From the NCBI GenBank assembly GCA_963675595.2, contig CAXXLZ010000002.1:4512001-4576000 (forward strand): a stretch of DNA of 64,000 nucleotides, read 5' to 3'. Position 1 is the first letter of the stretch, and each line of letters begins with the position of its first letter. The notes under the pieces were generated by a model that saw only the letters and a program-made list of their open reading frames with translations, made no database searches and had not been told where the DNA came from. The stretch comes from Thermodesulfobacteriota bacterium (GTDB lineage Bacteria > Desulfobacterota > Desulfarculia > JACQYL01). This document shows, piece by piece, positions 19,420 through 27,752 of this stretch. The translations under genes were made by a program, and so were the position numbers.

Positions 19420-20103
19420 ATGGGAGTCTTCACCCGGGTACGCGATATCATCAACTCCAATATCAATTCCATGCTGGACCACGCGGAGAATCCGGAAAAG
19501 TTGGTCAAGCTCATGATCCACGAGATGGAGGACACGCTGGTCGAGATCAAGGCGTCCTGCGCCGGGGCCATGGCGTCCAGGAAAAAGGTGCTCCGCGCGC
19601 TGGAAGAGGCTCGGGATAGAGCGGATGCGTGGGGGGGCAAGGCGGAACTCGCCGTGTCCAAAGGCCGGGAGGACCTGGCTCGGGAGGCCTTGATGGAAAA
19701 GAAACGATACCTGGAGCGGGTGCGCTCTTTGGACGAGGAAGCCGTGGAGACTCAGGGTATCGTGGAACAATATCAGGAGCAGATTGTTCAGATCGAAAGC
19801 AAGCTCGAGGCGGTCCGGGAAAAACAGCGTCTCCTGGTGCAGCGTCATGTGCATGCCAGACAAAAGCGGCAGGCTCAAGAAGAAATCCGACGTTTTGAAA
19901 CCGCGGACCTGTTCACCCGGTTCGAGCAGTTCGAACAGCGTATCGAGCGCATGGAAGCCGACGCGGATTTGGTGAATTACGGACGCAAGTCCACTCTGGA
20001 GGAGGAGTTCGCGCGGCTCGAAGAGGACGAGGAGATTGAACGGGAACTTCAGGCCCTGAAAAAAAGAAGGGACGGGGAAGACAACGAAGAGCGCCAGGCG
20101 TAA
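19420..20103 (+). CDS. pspA: Phage shock protein A
   Basis: GGAGG RBS; MGVFTRVRDIINSNINSMLDHAENPEKLVKLMIHEMEDTLVE; coiled coil. Confidence 0.96.
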   Translation: MGVFTRVRDIINSNINSMLDHAENPEKLVKLMIHEMEDTLVEIKASCAGAMASRKKVLRALEEARDRADAWGGKAELAVSKGREDLAREALMEKKRYLERVRSLDEEAVETQGIVEQYQEQIVQIESKLEAVREKQRLLVQRHVHARQKRQAQEEIRRFETADLFTRFEQFEQRIERMEADADLVNYGRKSTLEEEFARLEEDEEIERELQALKKRRDGEDNEERQA

Positions 20104-20217
20104 ACTGGAATCTGAATCGGCTGATTCCATCCGGCCTCATGAGTGCGTGACGTCGCTGTGTGTTCCCTCAAGGGCCGATGACCATAGGTTCCGGGAAAAT
20201 CCGAAGAAGGAGAAGCA

Positions 20218-20463
20218 ATGCACCCCGGCTACATGTTGTTCATGCTCATTTTCGCTTTGCCCGTGGTGCTCATCGTGGGGTGCTTCGTGGTGTGGGCGTT
20301 GAAGGTCGTATCCGGAGGATCGGGCCGGCAACGCGAGGAAGTTCGAACGGAGGAAACCCGCTTGATCCAGGAAATTCATCAAGGCCTGTTGAAGATGGAA
20401 GAGCGTATCGAGGCATTGGAAACGATCCTGCTCGACCCGAGTAGAAAGGACGACGCCAAATGA
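20218..20463 (+). CDS. pspB: Phage shock protein B
   Basis: One TM segment plus MEERIEALETILLD; located between pspA and pspC. Confidence 0.88.
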   Translation: MHPGYMLFMLIFALPVVLIVGCFVVWALKVVSGGSGRQREEVRTEETRLIQEIHQGLLKMEERIEALETILLDPSRKDDAK

Positions 20464-20897
20464 GAAGATCCTGCAGCCAAATGAGAGGACGCTACAACCG
20501 TCCTCGAAACAACCGGCGGCGAGACGATCGGGTCGGCCCGTTTCGTTCCAGATCGGGAATCATCCTCGGCGTGTGCAAAGGCCTCGCCGATTATTTCAAC
20601 GTGTCCGTGTTCTGGGTGAGGGTACTGGCGGTCCTGGCCTTTTTCTTCGGCGGGATCTGGCCGGCGGTGGGAATCTACCTGGTGGCCGCGTTGCTGCTCA
20701 AGCCGGAACCCGTGGTTCCTTTCGGGCGGGAGGAGGAACGGGAGTTCTATAATTCCTATTCCGCTTCGAAAAACGAAGCCCTTCAACGGCTCAAACGAAC
20801 CTTCGACCACCTGGACCGCAGACTTCGGCGCATGGAAGACATCGTAACGGATAAAGAATTCGACTGGGAGCGCAGGTTCAAGAGCAACGTCCGCTGA
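20460..20897 (+). CDS. pspC: Phage shock protein C
   Basis: GIILGVCKGLADYF PspC motif, TM segment and RLRRMEDIVT. Confidence 0.93.
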   Translation: MRRSCSQMRGRYNRPRNNRRRDDRVGPFRSRSGIILGVCKGLADYFNVSVFWVRVLAVLAFFFGGIWPAVGIYLVAALLLKPEPVVPFGREEEREFYNSYSASKNEALQRLKRTFDHLDRRLRRMEDIVTDKEFDWERRFKSNVR

Positions 20898-21050
20898 CTC
20901 CCCGGCGCACCGCAATTTCCCGAGCATGTCTTCAGGCAACGGCGAAACTCTTCCCTCCTTTCGCTCCCTGGAAGGCATGCTCTTTCCACCGCTACCGGAT
21001 GTCGAAGTTTTCCCCCTTCTTTGCCCCGATTCCCCGAATTTCGGCATTTC

Positions 21051-21132
21051 CGGGGTAGGACTTTCGAGAAAGTCCTACCCCGAACCCCCTCAAAGCACCT
21101 TGGGCAGGCCTCACCGCCTTCGGCGGAGAGGC
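21051..21132 (+). repeat. Family A two-hairpin intergenic repeat
   Basis: CGGGGTAGGACTTTC-GA-GAAAGTCCTACCCCG, then AACCCCCTCAAAG, then GCCTCACCGCCTTCGGCGGAGAGGC. Confidence 0.85.
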
Positions 21133-21274
21133 TCGGGACGAAGCCCGCATAAAAGGCGGCCGGGGTGCTGTCGTGCCCCCGGGGCACCAACAGAAAAGTT
21201 CCCTCTCGTAAACGATTACCCCCGAACTTCCTCGGGCAACGTCTTTCCCGTACCCCCACGGAAATCCCCTCACT

Positions 21275-21301
21275 GTAGGGCCGGGCCACAGTGCACGCCC
21301 T
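21275..21301 (+). repeat. GTAG-type REP-like palindrome (degenerate)
   Basis: GTAGGGCCGGGCCACAGTGCACGCCCT resembles 1533-1558. Confidence 0.5.
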
Positions 21302-21423
21302 CGTTCGGCGATATTTCTCCGCTTGCCTCCGAGCATCGAGTCGGTACTGCGACATTGTCCCCGCTATGGCCCCGGGAACGCCGAGCCCCGGCTCGGCAAT
21401 CATCATTCCTCGCCTGATGAGGT

Positions 21424-21465
21424 TTGACCCGAGTCCGGTGCATCTCTTATAATCTACATTGTAGA
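21424..21465 (+). promoter_or_regulatory. Sigma70 promoter with an overlapping palindromic operator
   Basis: TTGACC-N18-TATAAT (21424-21453); the palindrome TCTACA-T-TGTAGA (21453-21465) covers the start region. Confidence 0.65.
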
Positions 21466-21494
21466 ATACATGAGATGGTAGCATAGTCGTTTCA

Positions 21495-22622
21495 GTGTTC
21501 ACTCAGCCGTCCCAAGGAGCCCGCCCCTTGAATTCCAAAGAACGTATGATGACCGCTCTGTCCGGAGGACTTCCCGACCGGGTGCCCGTGTTCCTCCGGG
21601 ACCTGACTCTGGGCCTCGAAGTCGTCGGGTTTTCCACTCCGGAAGTCTGCGCCGGCGGGCCCCGAGGGGGATACCACGCCGAAAAATCGGCTCAGGCGGT
21701 CATCGCCTGCCGGGAACGCTTCCGTCACGACTGCGTGGTGGGCAGCATCCATGATCTGGGCCTGGACGTGGAAGCCCTGGGAGGCCGCACGGACTTCCCG
21801 GAGCGGGGCATTCCTCGAGTGGTGGAGGAGCCCTTTGCGGACAAAACACGGCTGGTCAAGGCTCGAGTTCCCCGCATGGACACGGACGGCCGTCTGCCCG
21901 GCATGCTCGAATCCTACCGGCTGGTCAAGGAACGCATCGGCGCCGAAACGGCCATATGCGCCAATGTGGACGGCCCCATCACCCGCGCGTCCTTTTTCAG
22001 GGGCACGGAACGGCTCATGCGCGATTTTATCAAAGACCCGGCCTTCGCCCAAGACCTGCTCGATTTTTCCACGGAAACGGCCGTGAGTCACATCCGGTTC
22101 CTGGCCCAAGCCGGAGCGGACTTCGTGTTTCTGGCCTCGTCCGTGGACGGCCCGGTGATCATCAGTCCCAAGTTGTTCCTCGAATATACCATTCCGAGCC
22201 TACGGACCATCGTGACCACCGCCGCGGCCCTGAACCTCCCGGTGGTGTTTCATCCTCACGGCAGGTTCACGGATGAAGCCTTTCGCCCTCTGGTGGACTC
22301 CTCCATCCGTCAGGGCATTACGGGCTTTCAGTTTCCCGAGGACTGCGATCTGGCTCTGGCCAAGCAACTCTGGGGAAACCGTATCTCCATTTTGGGGGGA
22401 GTGGACATCCCCACGGTGCTCAGCCCCGGGCCGGTGGAGAGAATCCGTGAGGAAACCCGCAAATGCATCGATCAGGCCGCGGCCGGAGGAGGCTACGTGA
22501 TGATGCCTTCCTGTTCGATACACCGGGGAGACCCCCTTGATCATATCCAGGCCCTGGTGGACGCGACCCGCGAATTCGGGGTTTACGAGTCCCCGGCGCG
22601 GGAATCGACGATCGGCCATTGA
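21495..22622 (+). CDS. Uroporphyrinogen decarboxylase / MtaA-CmuA methyltransferase family protein
   Basis: MNSKERM...PDRVPV-type N-terminus, GPIT, RGTE, ISP, GGVD and GGGYVMMPSC of the URO-D/MT2 TIM barrel. Confidence 0.88.
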   Translation: MFTQPSQGARPLNSKERMMTALSGGLPDRVPVFLRDLTLGLEVVGFSTPEVCAGGPRGGYHAEKSAQAVIACRERFRHDCVVGSIHDLGLDVEALGGRTDFPERGIPRVVEEPFADKTRLVKARVPRMDTDGRLPGMLESYRLVKERIGAETAICANVDGPITRASFFRGTERLMRDFIKDPAFAQDLLDFSTETAVSHIRFLAQAGADFVFLASSVDGPVIISPKLFLEYTIPSLRTIVTTAAALNLPVVFHPHGRFTDEAFRPLVDSSIRQGITGFQFPEDCDLALAKQLWGNRISILGGVDIPTVLSPGPVERIREETRKCIDQAAAGGGYVMMPSCSIHRGDPLDHIQALVDATREFGVYESPARESTIGH

Positions 22623-22652
22623 CAAACCTTTGAGGCGGGAGGAGCGGATTTC

Positions 22653-23711
22653 ATGCAAACGAAGCGATTTCATACACGATTCACCCTGATTCTGTGCGCC
22701 GGACTCCTCGCCCTGTTCTCCGGTCCCGCATCGGCCGCACCGGTACGACTGAAACTGGCCACCCATTGGCCCGTGCTCCACGACATGAACAACGTGATGA
22801 TCGAGTTCGCCCGCGACGTGGGCCGGGAATCCCAAGGCGGCATCGAAGTGTTCTACTTCCCGGCAGGCACCCTGGCCGGTTCCGGGGAGAAATTCCAGAA
22901 AGTCCGCACCGGAGTGTGCGACATCACCAACATCCACCTGGCCAACCACCCCGGAGCCTTTCCCCCGGCTCAGCTCACCACCCTGCCTTTTCTGTTCGCC
23001 GACGGCACGGAAGCGGCCTGGGTGCTCAACCACATGCAGGACGACTTCGCACCCAACCTGGAATCCAAGAACGTCAAACTCCTGTTCATGGTGGGGGACC
23101 CCAATTTTCAGATTCTTCTCCGGGATAAGAAGGTAACCCGCCCGGAAGACCTCAAGGGACTCCGACTCAAGAGCAGCGGGTTCGCCGACGAAGCTCTCAA
23201 ACTCTGGGGCGCGGTTCCGGTGAAACTCAAACACGGCGACATGTACCTGGCCATGCAGCGGGGCGTGGTGGACGGCATCGTGTTCCCCTTGGGCGCGGCC
23301 CGTTCCTTCAAACTCGAAGAAGTCACCAAATACGTACTCAAAATGGACTTCTTCTCCTACCATCTTTTCATGGGCATGAATTTGGACACCTGGAAACGAC
23401 TGCCCCCGGAACTTCAGGAAGCGGTGATGAGATCGAGCCGCAAAGCGGCCTACCTTTCCGGTTTCCATTATGAGAACACCGACGCCGCGGCCTTTCCCTA
23501 CTATTCCGCCAAGGGCGTGGAGGTTTACGAACCGGCTCCCGAAGTACTTCAGGAACTCAAAGACTCGGTGGCTCCCCTGCGGGAAAAGCTCATCGCGGAC
23601 CTGGAAAGCAAAGGATTTCCGGCAAAGGAAACGTTCCAACGCATGGAAACCCTGATCCGTGAATATCGCCAATGGAGCCGTGTTCAACACCTGAAGCCGA
23701 GCTACCGTTAG
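22653..23711 (+). CDS. TRAP transporter substrate-binding protein DctP
   Basis: Signal peptide; PAGTL, PEDLKGLRLK, MQRGVVDG and WKRLPPELQ motifs. Confidence 0.92.
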   Translation: MQTKRFHTRFTLILCAGLLALFSGPASAAPVRLKLATHWPVLHDMNNVMIEFARDVGRESQGGIEVFYFPAGTLAGSGEKFQKVRTGVCDITNIHLANHPGAFPPAQLTTLPFLFADGTEAAWVLNHMQDDFAPNLESKNVKLLFMVGDPNFQILLRDKKVTRPEDLKGLRLKSSGFADEALKLWGAVPVKLKHGDMYLAMQRGVVDGIVFPLGAARSFKLEEVTKYVLKMDFFSYHLFMGMNLDTWKRLPPELQEAVMRSSRKAAYLSGFHYENTDAAAFPYYSAKGVEVYEPAPEVLQELKDSVAPLREKLIADLESKGFPAKETFQRMETLIREYRQWSRVQHLKPSYR

Positions 23712-23835
23712 CAGAGAGGTGAGAAACGCGATCTGCGGCGTTGGGCTTCATCCCTCGTCATTGCGGCGTACTCCATGTACGTCTCAATCCTCGGGATTCG
23801 CGCGCCTTGCATGTCATCGTTCTTCACCTCTCTGC
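23711..23835 (+). mobile_element. Family B MITE-like element (125 bp)
   Basis: Terminal inverted repeats GCAGAGAGGTGA...TCACCTCTCTGC; core CCTCGTCA-GCGTAC..GTACG-TCCTCGGGA shared with 32505 and 1597. Confidence 0.75.
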
Positions 23836-23916
23836 AACCATCTTTGTTGCCGAGCCGGCAGAGGAAAGCTTCTGGAACAGGTCTCCTCTGCCTCGCCCCA
23901 ACGCTTCAAGTTGTCT

Positions 23917-24000
23917 CCGCTCCGCCGTAGGCGGTGCGGCGACGCTTAAACGTTTTGCGGGGGGGTCCGGGGGGCGCTTTTCCCAAAAGCGCCCCCCGGA
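23917..24000 (-). repeat. Family A two-hairpin repeat (reverse orientation)
   Basis: CCGCTCCGCCGTAGGCGGTGCGG ... TCCGGGGGGCGCTTTT-CCC-AAAAGCGCCCCCCGGA. Confidence 0.8.
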
Positions 24001-24020
24001 TATTCACTGAAGGAATTTGG

Positions 24021-24554
24021 ATGCGATCAGCATTATTTAAAAGGATTGCCGAGGGGGTTACGGGAACGAGTCGGTTGTTTGCTCGGATTTCGGACGTGCT
24101 GGTGCTGGTGCTGATGGGGATCGCGGTAACGGACGTATTCGTGAGGAAGTTCCGGTTTTCGTTTCAGGGTTCCGTGGAGCTCATGGAAGTACTTTTCTGC
24201 GTCATCTGTTTTTTCAGTTTCGCGTATGCCTGGGTCAAGGGGGACCACATCGGCGTGGAGATCGTCACGGACCGGTTTTCTCCTTGTTGGAAACGAAGAC
24301 AGCGGGCGGCATCGGCCTTTGTGGGAATACTGGTTTTCGGCGGGCTCTGTTACGGGGCTTTCCGACTGGCCGTGTCTTCCTTTGTGTTGGGGGACACCAC
24401 GTTGGATTTGGGTATTTCCCATGGAATTCCTCAAGGGGCCATAGCCTTGGGATCGGGGCTGTTCGCCCTGCAGTGCGCGGTGAGTTTTCTGAAAGAGTCG
24501 GGGGGCATGCGTGACTCTTTGGACAAGGAAAGCGACGCGAATTCCACGAACTGA
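24021..24554 (+). CDS. TRAP small permease DctQ
   Basis: Four TM segments; DVFVR, GSVELME and HIGVEIV motifs. Confidence 0.88.
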   Translation: MRSALFKRIAEGVTGTSRLFARISDVLVLVLMGIAVTDVFVRKFRFSFQGSVELMEVLFCVICFFSFAYAWVKGDHIGVEIVTDRFSPCWKRRQRAASAFVGILVFGGLCYGAFRLAVSSFVLGDTTLDLGISHGIPQGAIALGSGLFALQCAVSFLKESGGMRDSLDKESDANSTN

Positions 24555-24578
24555 TGCATCACCGCATGGATTAGTTCG

Positions 24579-24659
24579 GCCTCTCCGCCGCAGGCGGTGA
24601 GGCGCACTCAAAAGTCTTGGGAGAGGTTTGGGGAACCCTTCTTCAGAAGGGTTCCCCAA
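24579..24659 (-). repeat. Family A two-hairpin repeat (reverse orientation)
   Basis: GCCTCTCCGCCGCAGGCGGTGAGGC ... TTGGGGAACCCTTC-TTCA-GAAGGGTTCCCCAA. Confidence 0.85.
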
Positions 24660-24701
24660 GAACCATCCTCAAACACCTCTATCGCTTCTCCGGAATCTTG
24701 A

Positions 24702-26000
24702 ATGGACCCTGTGTACGGCCTGGTGGGTTTCGCGGTGCTTTTCCTGTTGTTGGCCTTGGGGCTTCCCATTGCGTTTTCCATGGCCTTGGTGGGCGTCGGA
24801 GGCTTTGCGATTCTGTCCGGGGTGCCTCAGGCTTTGGCCGGATTCTCGATTCTCGCGTATTCCAACACGGCCCATTTCGTGTTGGCGTGTATTCCCTTGT
24901 TCATCCTCATGGGTCAGTTCGCTTTCCATGCGGGAGTCACGGAAGACCTCTACGAAGTGGTCCGGAAGTGGTTCGGAGGCGTGCCCGGCGGATTGGCCAT
25001 CGCCACGGTGTTCGCTTCCGCGGGCCTGGGCGCGGTGACCGGTTCGAGCGTGGCTTCCGTGGCCACTCTGGGTACCGTGGCGTTACCGGAGCTCGATCGA
25101 CAGGGGTACGATCCCACCCTGTCGGTGGGCACCATCGCGTCCGCCGGTACCCTGGGCATCCTGATTCCTCCGAGCATTCCCATGGTGTTGTACGGGGTGC
25201 TGGCCGAGGTATCCATCGGCAAGCTGTTTATCGGCGGCATTCTGCCGGGCATCCTCACCGCGATCATCTTCAGCGTCATGATCCTGTTCAGGGTGAAGCG
25301 TCGACCCGAACTGGCGCCCAAGACCGAAGGAGTCTCCTGGCGGGAGCGGCTGTCCGCCTTGTGGAAGGTCTGGGGCGTGGCCGCTCTGTTCTTCCTGGTC
25401 ATCGGAGGCATCTTCCTGGGTTGGTTCACGTCCACGGAAGGCTCGGGCATCGGCGCCGCGGGGGCCTTCGCGCTCTTCGCCCTGTCCGGCCGGATGAACC
25501 GGGCTTTGCTCAAGGAGTCGGTGAGCCGTTCCTTGGGGCTGACGGCCATGATCACGGCCATCCTCATCGGAGCCTCGGCCTTCGCGCAATTCATCGCGGT
25601 CACGGGGCTCACGTCGTCTTTGGCGGACCGCATCGGGTCTCTTCCGGTGGACCGTCACGTGGTGCTCGTGGCCGTGCTGGTACTGTATCTGTTCCTGGGA
25701 TGCGTCATGGACGTGATCGGCATGCTGGTGCTCACCATTCCGGTGATTTTTCCGGTGATGGTCATGTTGGGGTTCGACCCCATCTGGTTCGGCGTGCTGG
25801 TGACCGTGATGATCGAAGTGAGTCTCATCACCCCGCCCGTGGGCACCAACGTCATCATCATCCAACGGGTTTCCGGCCTGCCGTCCATGCAGGTGTTTCG
25901 AGGCGTGGGCTGGTTCTTCGCGCTGGAACTCGTGGTCATCGCCCTGCTGGTGTTGTTTCCCGCCCTGGCCACCGCTCTGCCGGAGTTGATGTTCGAGTGA
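24702..26000 (+). CDS. TRAP large permease DctM
   Basis: IPLFILMG, GSSVAS, GTLGILIPPSI, DPIWFGV and ITPPVG motifs. Confidence 0.95.
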   Translation: MDPVYGLVGFAVLFLLLALGLPIAFSMALVGVGGFAILSGVPQALAGFSILAYSNTAHFVLACIPLFILMGQFAFHAGVTEDLYEVVRKWFGGVPGGLAIATVFASAGLGAVTGSSVASVATLGTVALPELDRQGYDPTLSVGTIASAGTLGILIPPSIPMVLYGVLAEVSIGKLFIGGILPGILTAIIFSVMILFRVKRRPELAPKTEGVSWRERLSALWKVWGVAALFFLVIGGIFLGWFTSTEGSGIGAAGAFALFALSGRMNRALLKESVSRSLGLTAMITAILIGASAFAQFIAVTGLTSSLADRIGSLPVDRHVVLVAVLVLYLFLGCVMDVIGMLVLTIPVIFPVMVMLGFDPIWFGVLVTVMIEVSLITPPVGTNVIIIQRVSGLPSMQVFRGVGWFFALELVVIALLVLFPALATALPELMFE

Positions 26001-26015
26001 AGGATTTTGGAGGAA

Positions 26016-26099
26016 GGTTTGGGGAACCCTTTTGGAAAAGGGGTCCCCAAACCCCTCCGAAAACTTTCGAGCAGGGAGTACCGCCTTCGGCGGAACTCC
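26016..26099 (+). repeat. Family A two-hairpin repeat
   Basis: GGTTTGGGGAACCCTTTT-GG-AAAAGGGGTCCCCAAACC, then CCTCCGAAAACTTT, then GGAGTACCGCCTTCGGCGGAACTCC. Confidence 0.85.
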
Positions 26100-26329
26100 G
26101 GGAGCGAATGCACTGTCACCGACCTTCGGAAACCCGCATGGATCAGGAAATAGGGTGGGCCGATCATCTCTCCGGGGCAACCCGTTGCGTTCGGTCACGA
26201 ATACTTGAGGTTGGTTGAAGCCTCTTCTCAGGACGTCCGAGAATCCACGAAAAGATGGGATTGCCGCGCGACTTTTCCTATGTCTGATCGCAGCCGCATT
26301 CGCGAGACTTCGCCGTCCGCCCGGCACCT

Positions 26330-26356
26330 GTAGGGGCGGGTCACGGCGCCCGCTCC
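26330..26356 (+). repeat. GTAG-type REP-like palindrome
   Basis: GTAGGGGCGGGTCACGGCGCCCGCTCC. Confidence 0.55.
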
Positions 26357-26496
26357 GGGCTTTTTCCTGTGGAAAACCGGGCGCCCTTGTTCTAAAAAGG
26401 AAACCTGCGCCGGAGGCGGGCCTTCCGCTCAAACGCGCTGGGCGAAACGTCCAACGACCCTCAAATTCACACCTTCACTCTTTCCGGGATATTTTA

Positions 26497-27222
26497 ATGA
26501 CTTCTTCCCTCGAATCCTGCTTCATCACCACGTACGCGGGACGGTTGTCCGCCGCGATGCATCGGCCCGAAAACGATCCGGTCGCCGTGGTGATTTGTTG
26601 TCACGGTATGCTGAGCAGCAAGGACAGCCCCAAGTACACCGCACTGGGGGACATGCTCGCTTCCCGCGGCATGGCCGTGGTGCGGTTCGACCATGCCGGG
26701 TGCGGGGAAAGCGTGCGCACCGGCGGACGATTCAGTCTGAGCGGCCGGGTGAGGGAACTGCAGGAGGTCATCCGGTGGGTGCGGAGTCTTCCCGAGTTTT
26801 CTCGGATTCCCCTGGGACTCATGGGAAGCAGCATGGGAGGCATGGAAGTTCTCATCGCCGGGGGGCGGGACCCTCGAATCGGAGCGGTGGTGAGTTGGGC
26901 CGCTCCCTCGAACATGCTCAAAGGGTTTAAACCGTCGCGGATTTTTCGCATGGCGGTGAAGGTTCCGGCGTTGTTCGTGGATTCCCTGCGTCACGATTTT
27001 CTGAAGGAAATGAGCAAGACCTCGCGAGTGTTGGTGATTCACGGAGCCCAAGACGAACTGGTGCCCGTGTTCCACGCGCGGCGGATCTTCGAGACCGTGT
27101 CCGAGCCCAAGGCGCTGGAAATCATCCCCGAAGGAGACCACCGCATGATCCGGCCGGAACACCGACAGCGGGCTCACGAATGGACCACGGAATGGCTCTG
27201 CCGGTATTTGGCGGCGGAATGA
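26497..27222 (+). CDS. Alpha/beta-fold hydrolase
   Basis: HG, GCGES, GSSMGG nucleophile elbow, HGAQDELVP (Asp) and GDH (His). Confidence 0.9.
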   Translation: MTSSLESCFITTYAGRLSAAMHRPENDPVAVVICCHGMLSSKDSPKYTALGDMLASRGMAVVRFDHAGCGESVRTGGRFSLSGRVRELQEVIRWVRSLPEFSRIPLGLMGSSMGGMEVLIAGGRDPRIGAVVSWAAPSNMLKGFKPSRIFRMAVKVPALFVDSLRHDFLKEMSKTSRVLVIHGAQDELVPVFHARRIFETVSEPKALEIIPEGDHRMIRPEHRQRAHEWTTEWLCRYLAAE

Positions 27223-27247
27223 GGAATAGGCCGGTTTTAGTTTTTTG

Positions 27248-27328
27248 CGGAGGAAACTTTCGAGAAAGTTTCCCCCGAGCCCCTTTCAAAGCCCCTTATG
27301 CGCGCCTCACCGCCTGCGGCGGAGAGGC
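27248..27328 (+). repeat. Family A two-hairpin repeat
   Basis: CGGAGGAAACTTTC-GA-GAAAGTTTCCCCCG, then AGCCCCTTTCAAAG, then GCCTCACCGCCTGCGGCGGAGAGGC. Confidence 0.85.
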
Positions 27329-27505
27329 CGGGGGGAATCGCAGGCAGCCTGCCGAACCTTCCACCGAAGGCGCCGATATCTGATCAAAAAAAGTGAACAA
27401 AGGGGCGGCGGGATGCAGGTTATTGAAGATTCTTCTCCCGTAACCGTCCAATATGTCTGAAGAAAGTCGTTCTTATTACGATTCGGAGGCTTCGTGAAAA
27501 AGTAC

Positions 27506-27534
27506 TTGACGGAAACGTCCCGTCGGATTATGGT
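27506..27534 (+). promoter_or_regulatory. Sigma70 promoter of the BCAA operon leader
   Basis: TTGACG-N17-TATGGT, 35 nt before the leader ATG. Confidence 0.7.
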
Positions 27535-27568
27535 ACGGTAACTTTCTTGGCGAAATAGAAGAGTCCCT

Positions 27569-27670
27569 ATGTTTTCTTCCACTCAGGTCAATCTTGTCGG
27601 TGTACCCTCCGTAGCGGGAATTATTTCCCTGCTCCTTCTTATTATTAATGGTGACATATCGGGGGCCTGA
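27569..27670 (+). CDS. Ile/Leu/Val-rich attenuator leader peptide (33 aa, below the ORF-track cutoff)
   Basis: Translates as MFSSTQVNLVGVPSVAGIISLLLLIINGDISGA*; 14 of 33 codons are I/L/V; lies directly upstream of the terminator and cimA. Confidence 0.88.
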   Translation: MFSSTQVNLVGVPSVAGIISLLLLIINGDISGA

Positions 27671-27737
27671 CAAGCTAACTGGGTGAAAACAAAGAAAAAA
27701 ATCCGCTGTCAGGCTCCCCTGGCAGCGGATTTTTTTT
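27661..27737 (+). terminator. Attenuator: terminator with a mutually exclusive antiterminator
   Basis: Terminator stem ATCCGCTGTCAGG (27701-13) / CCTGGCAGCGGAT (27718-30) plus a T-run. GGGGGCCTGACA (27661-72) is complementary to TGTCAGGCTCCCC (27707-19). Confidence 0.88.
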
Positions 27738-27752
27738 GCTCGGAGAAACGCC

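Noticed and set aside
24617-26218. 533-aa plus-strand ORF overlapping dctM
   Set aside because: An alternative frame of dctM with Arg/Gly/His-rich, non-protein-like composition.
21051-27328. Repeated palindromes considered as a CRISPR array
   Set aside because: The copies are degenerate, separated by whole genes and in both orientations; there are no regular spacers and no cas genes.
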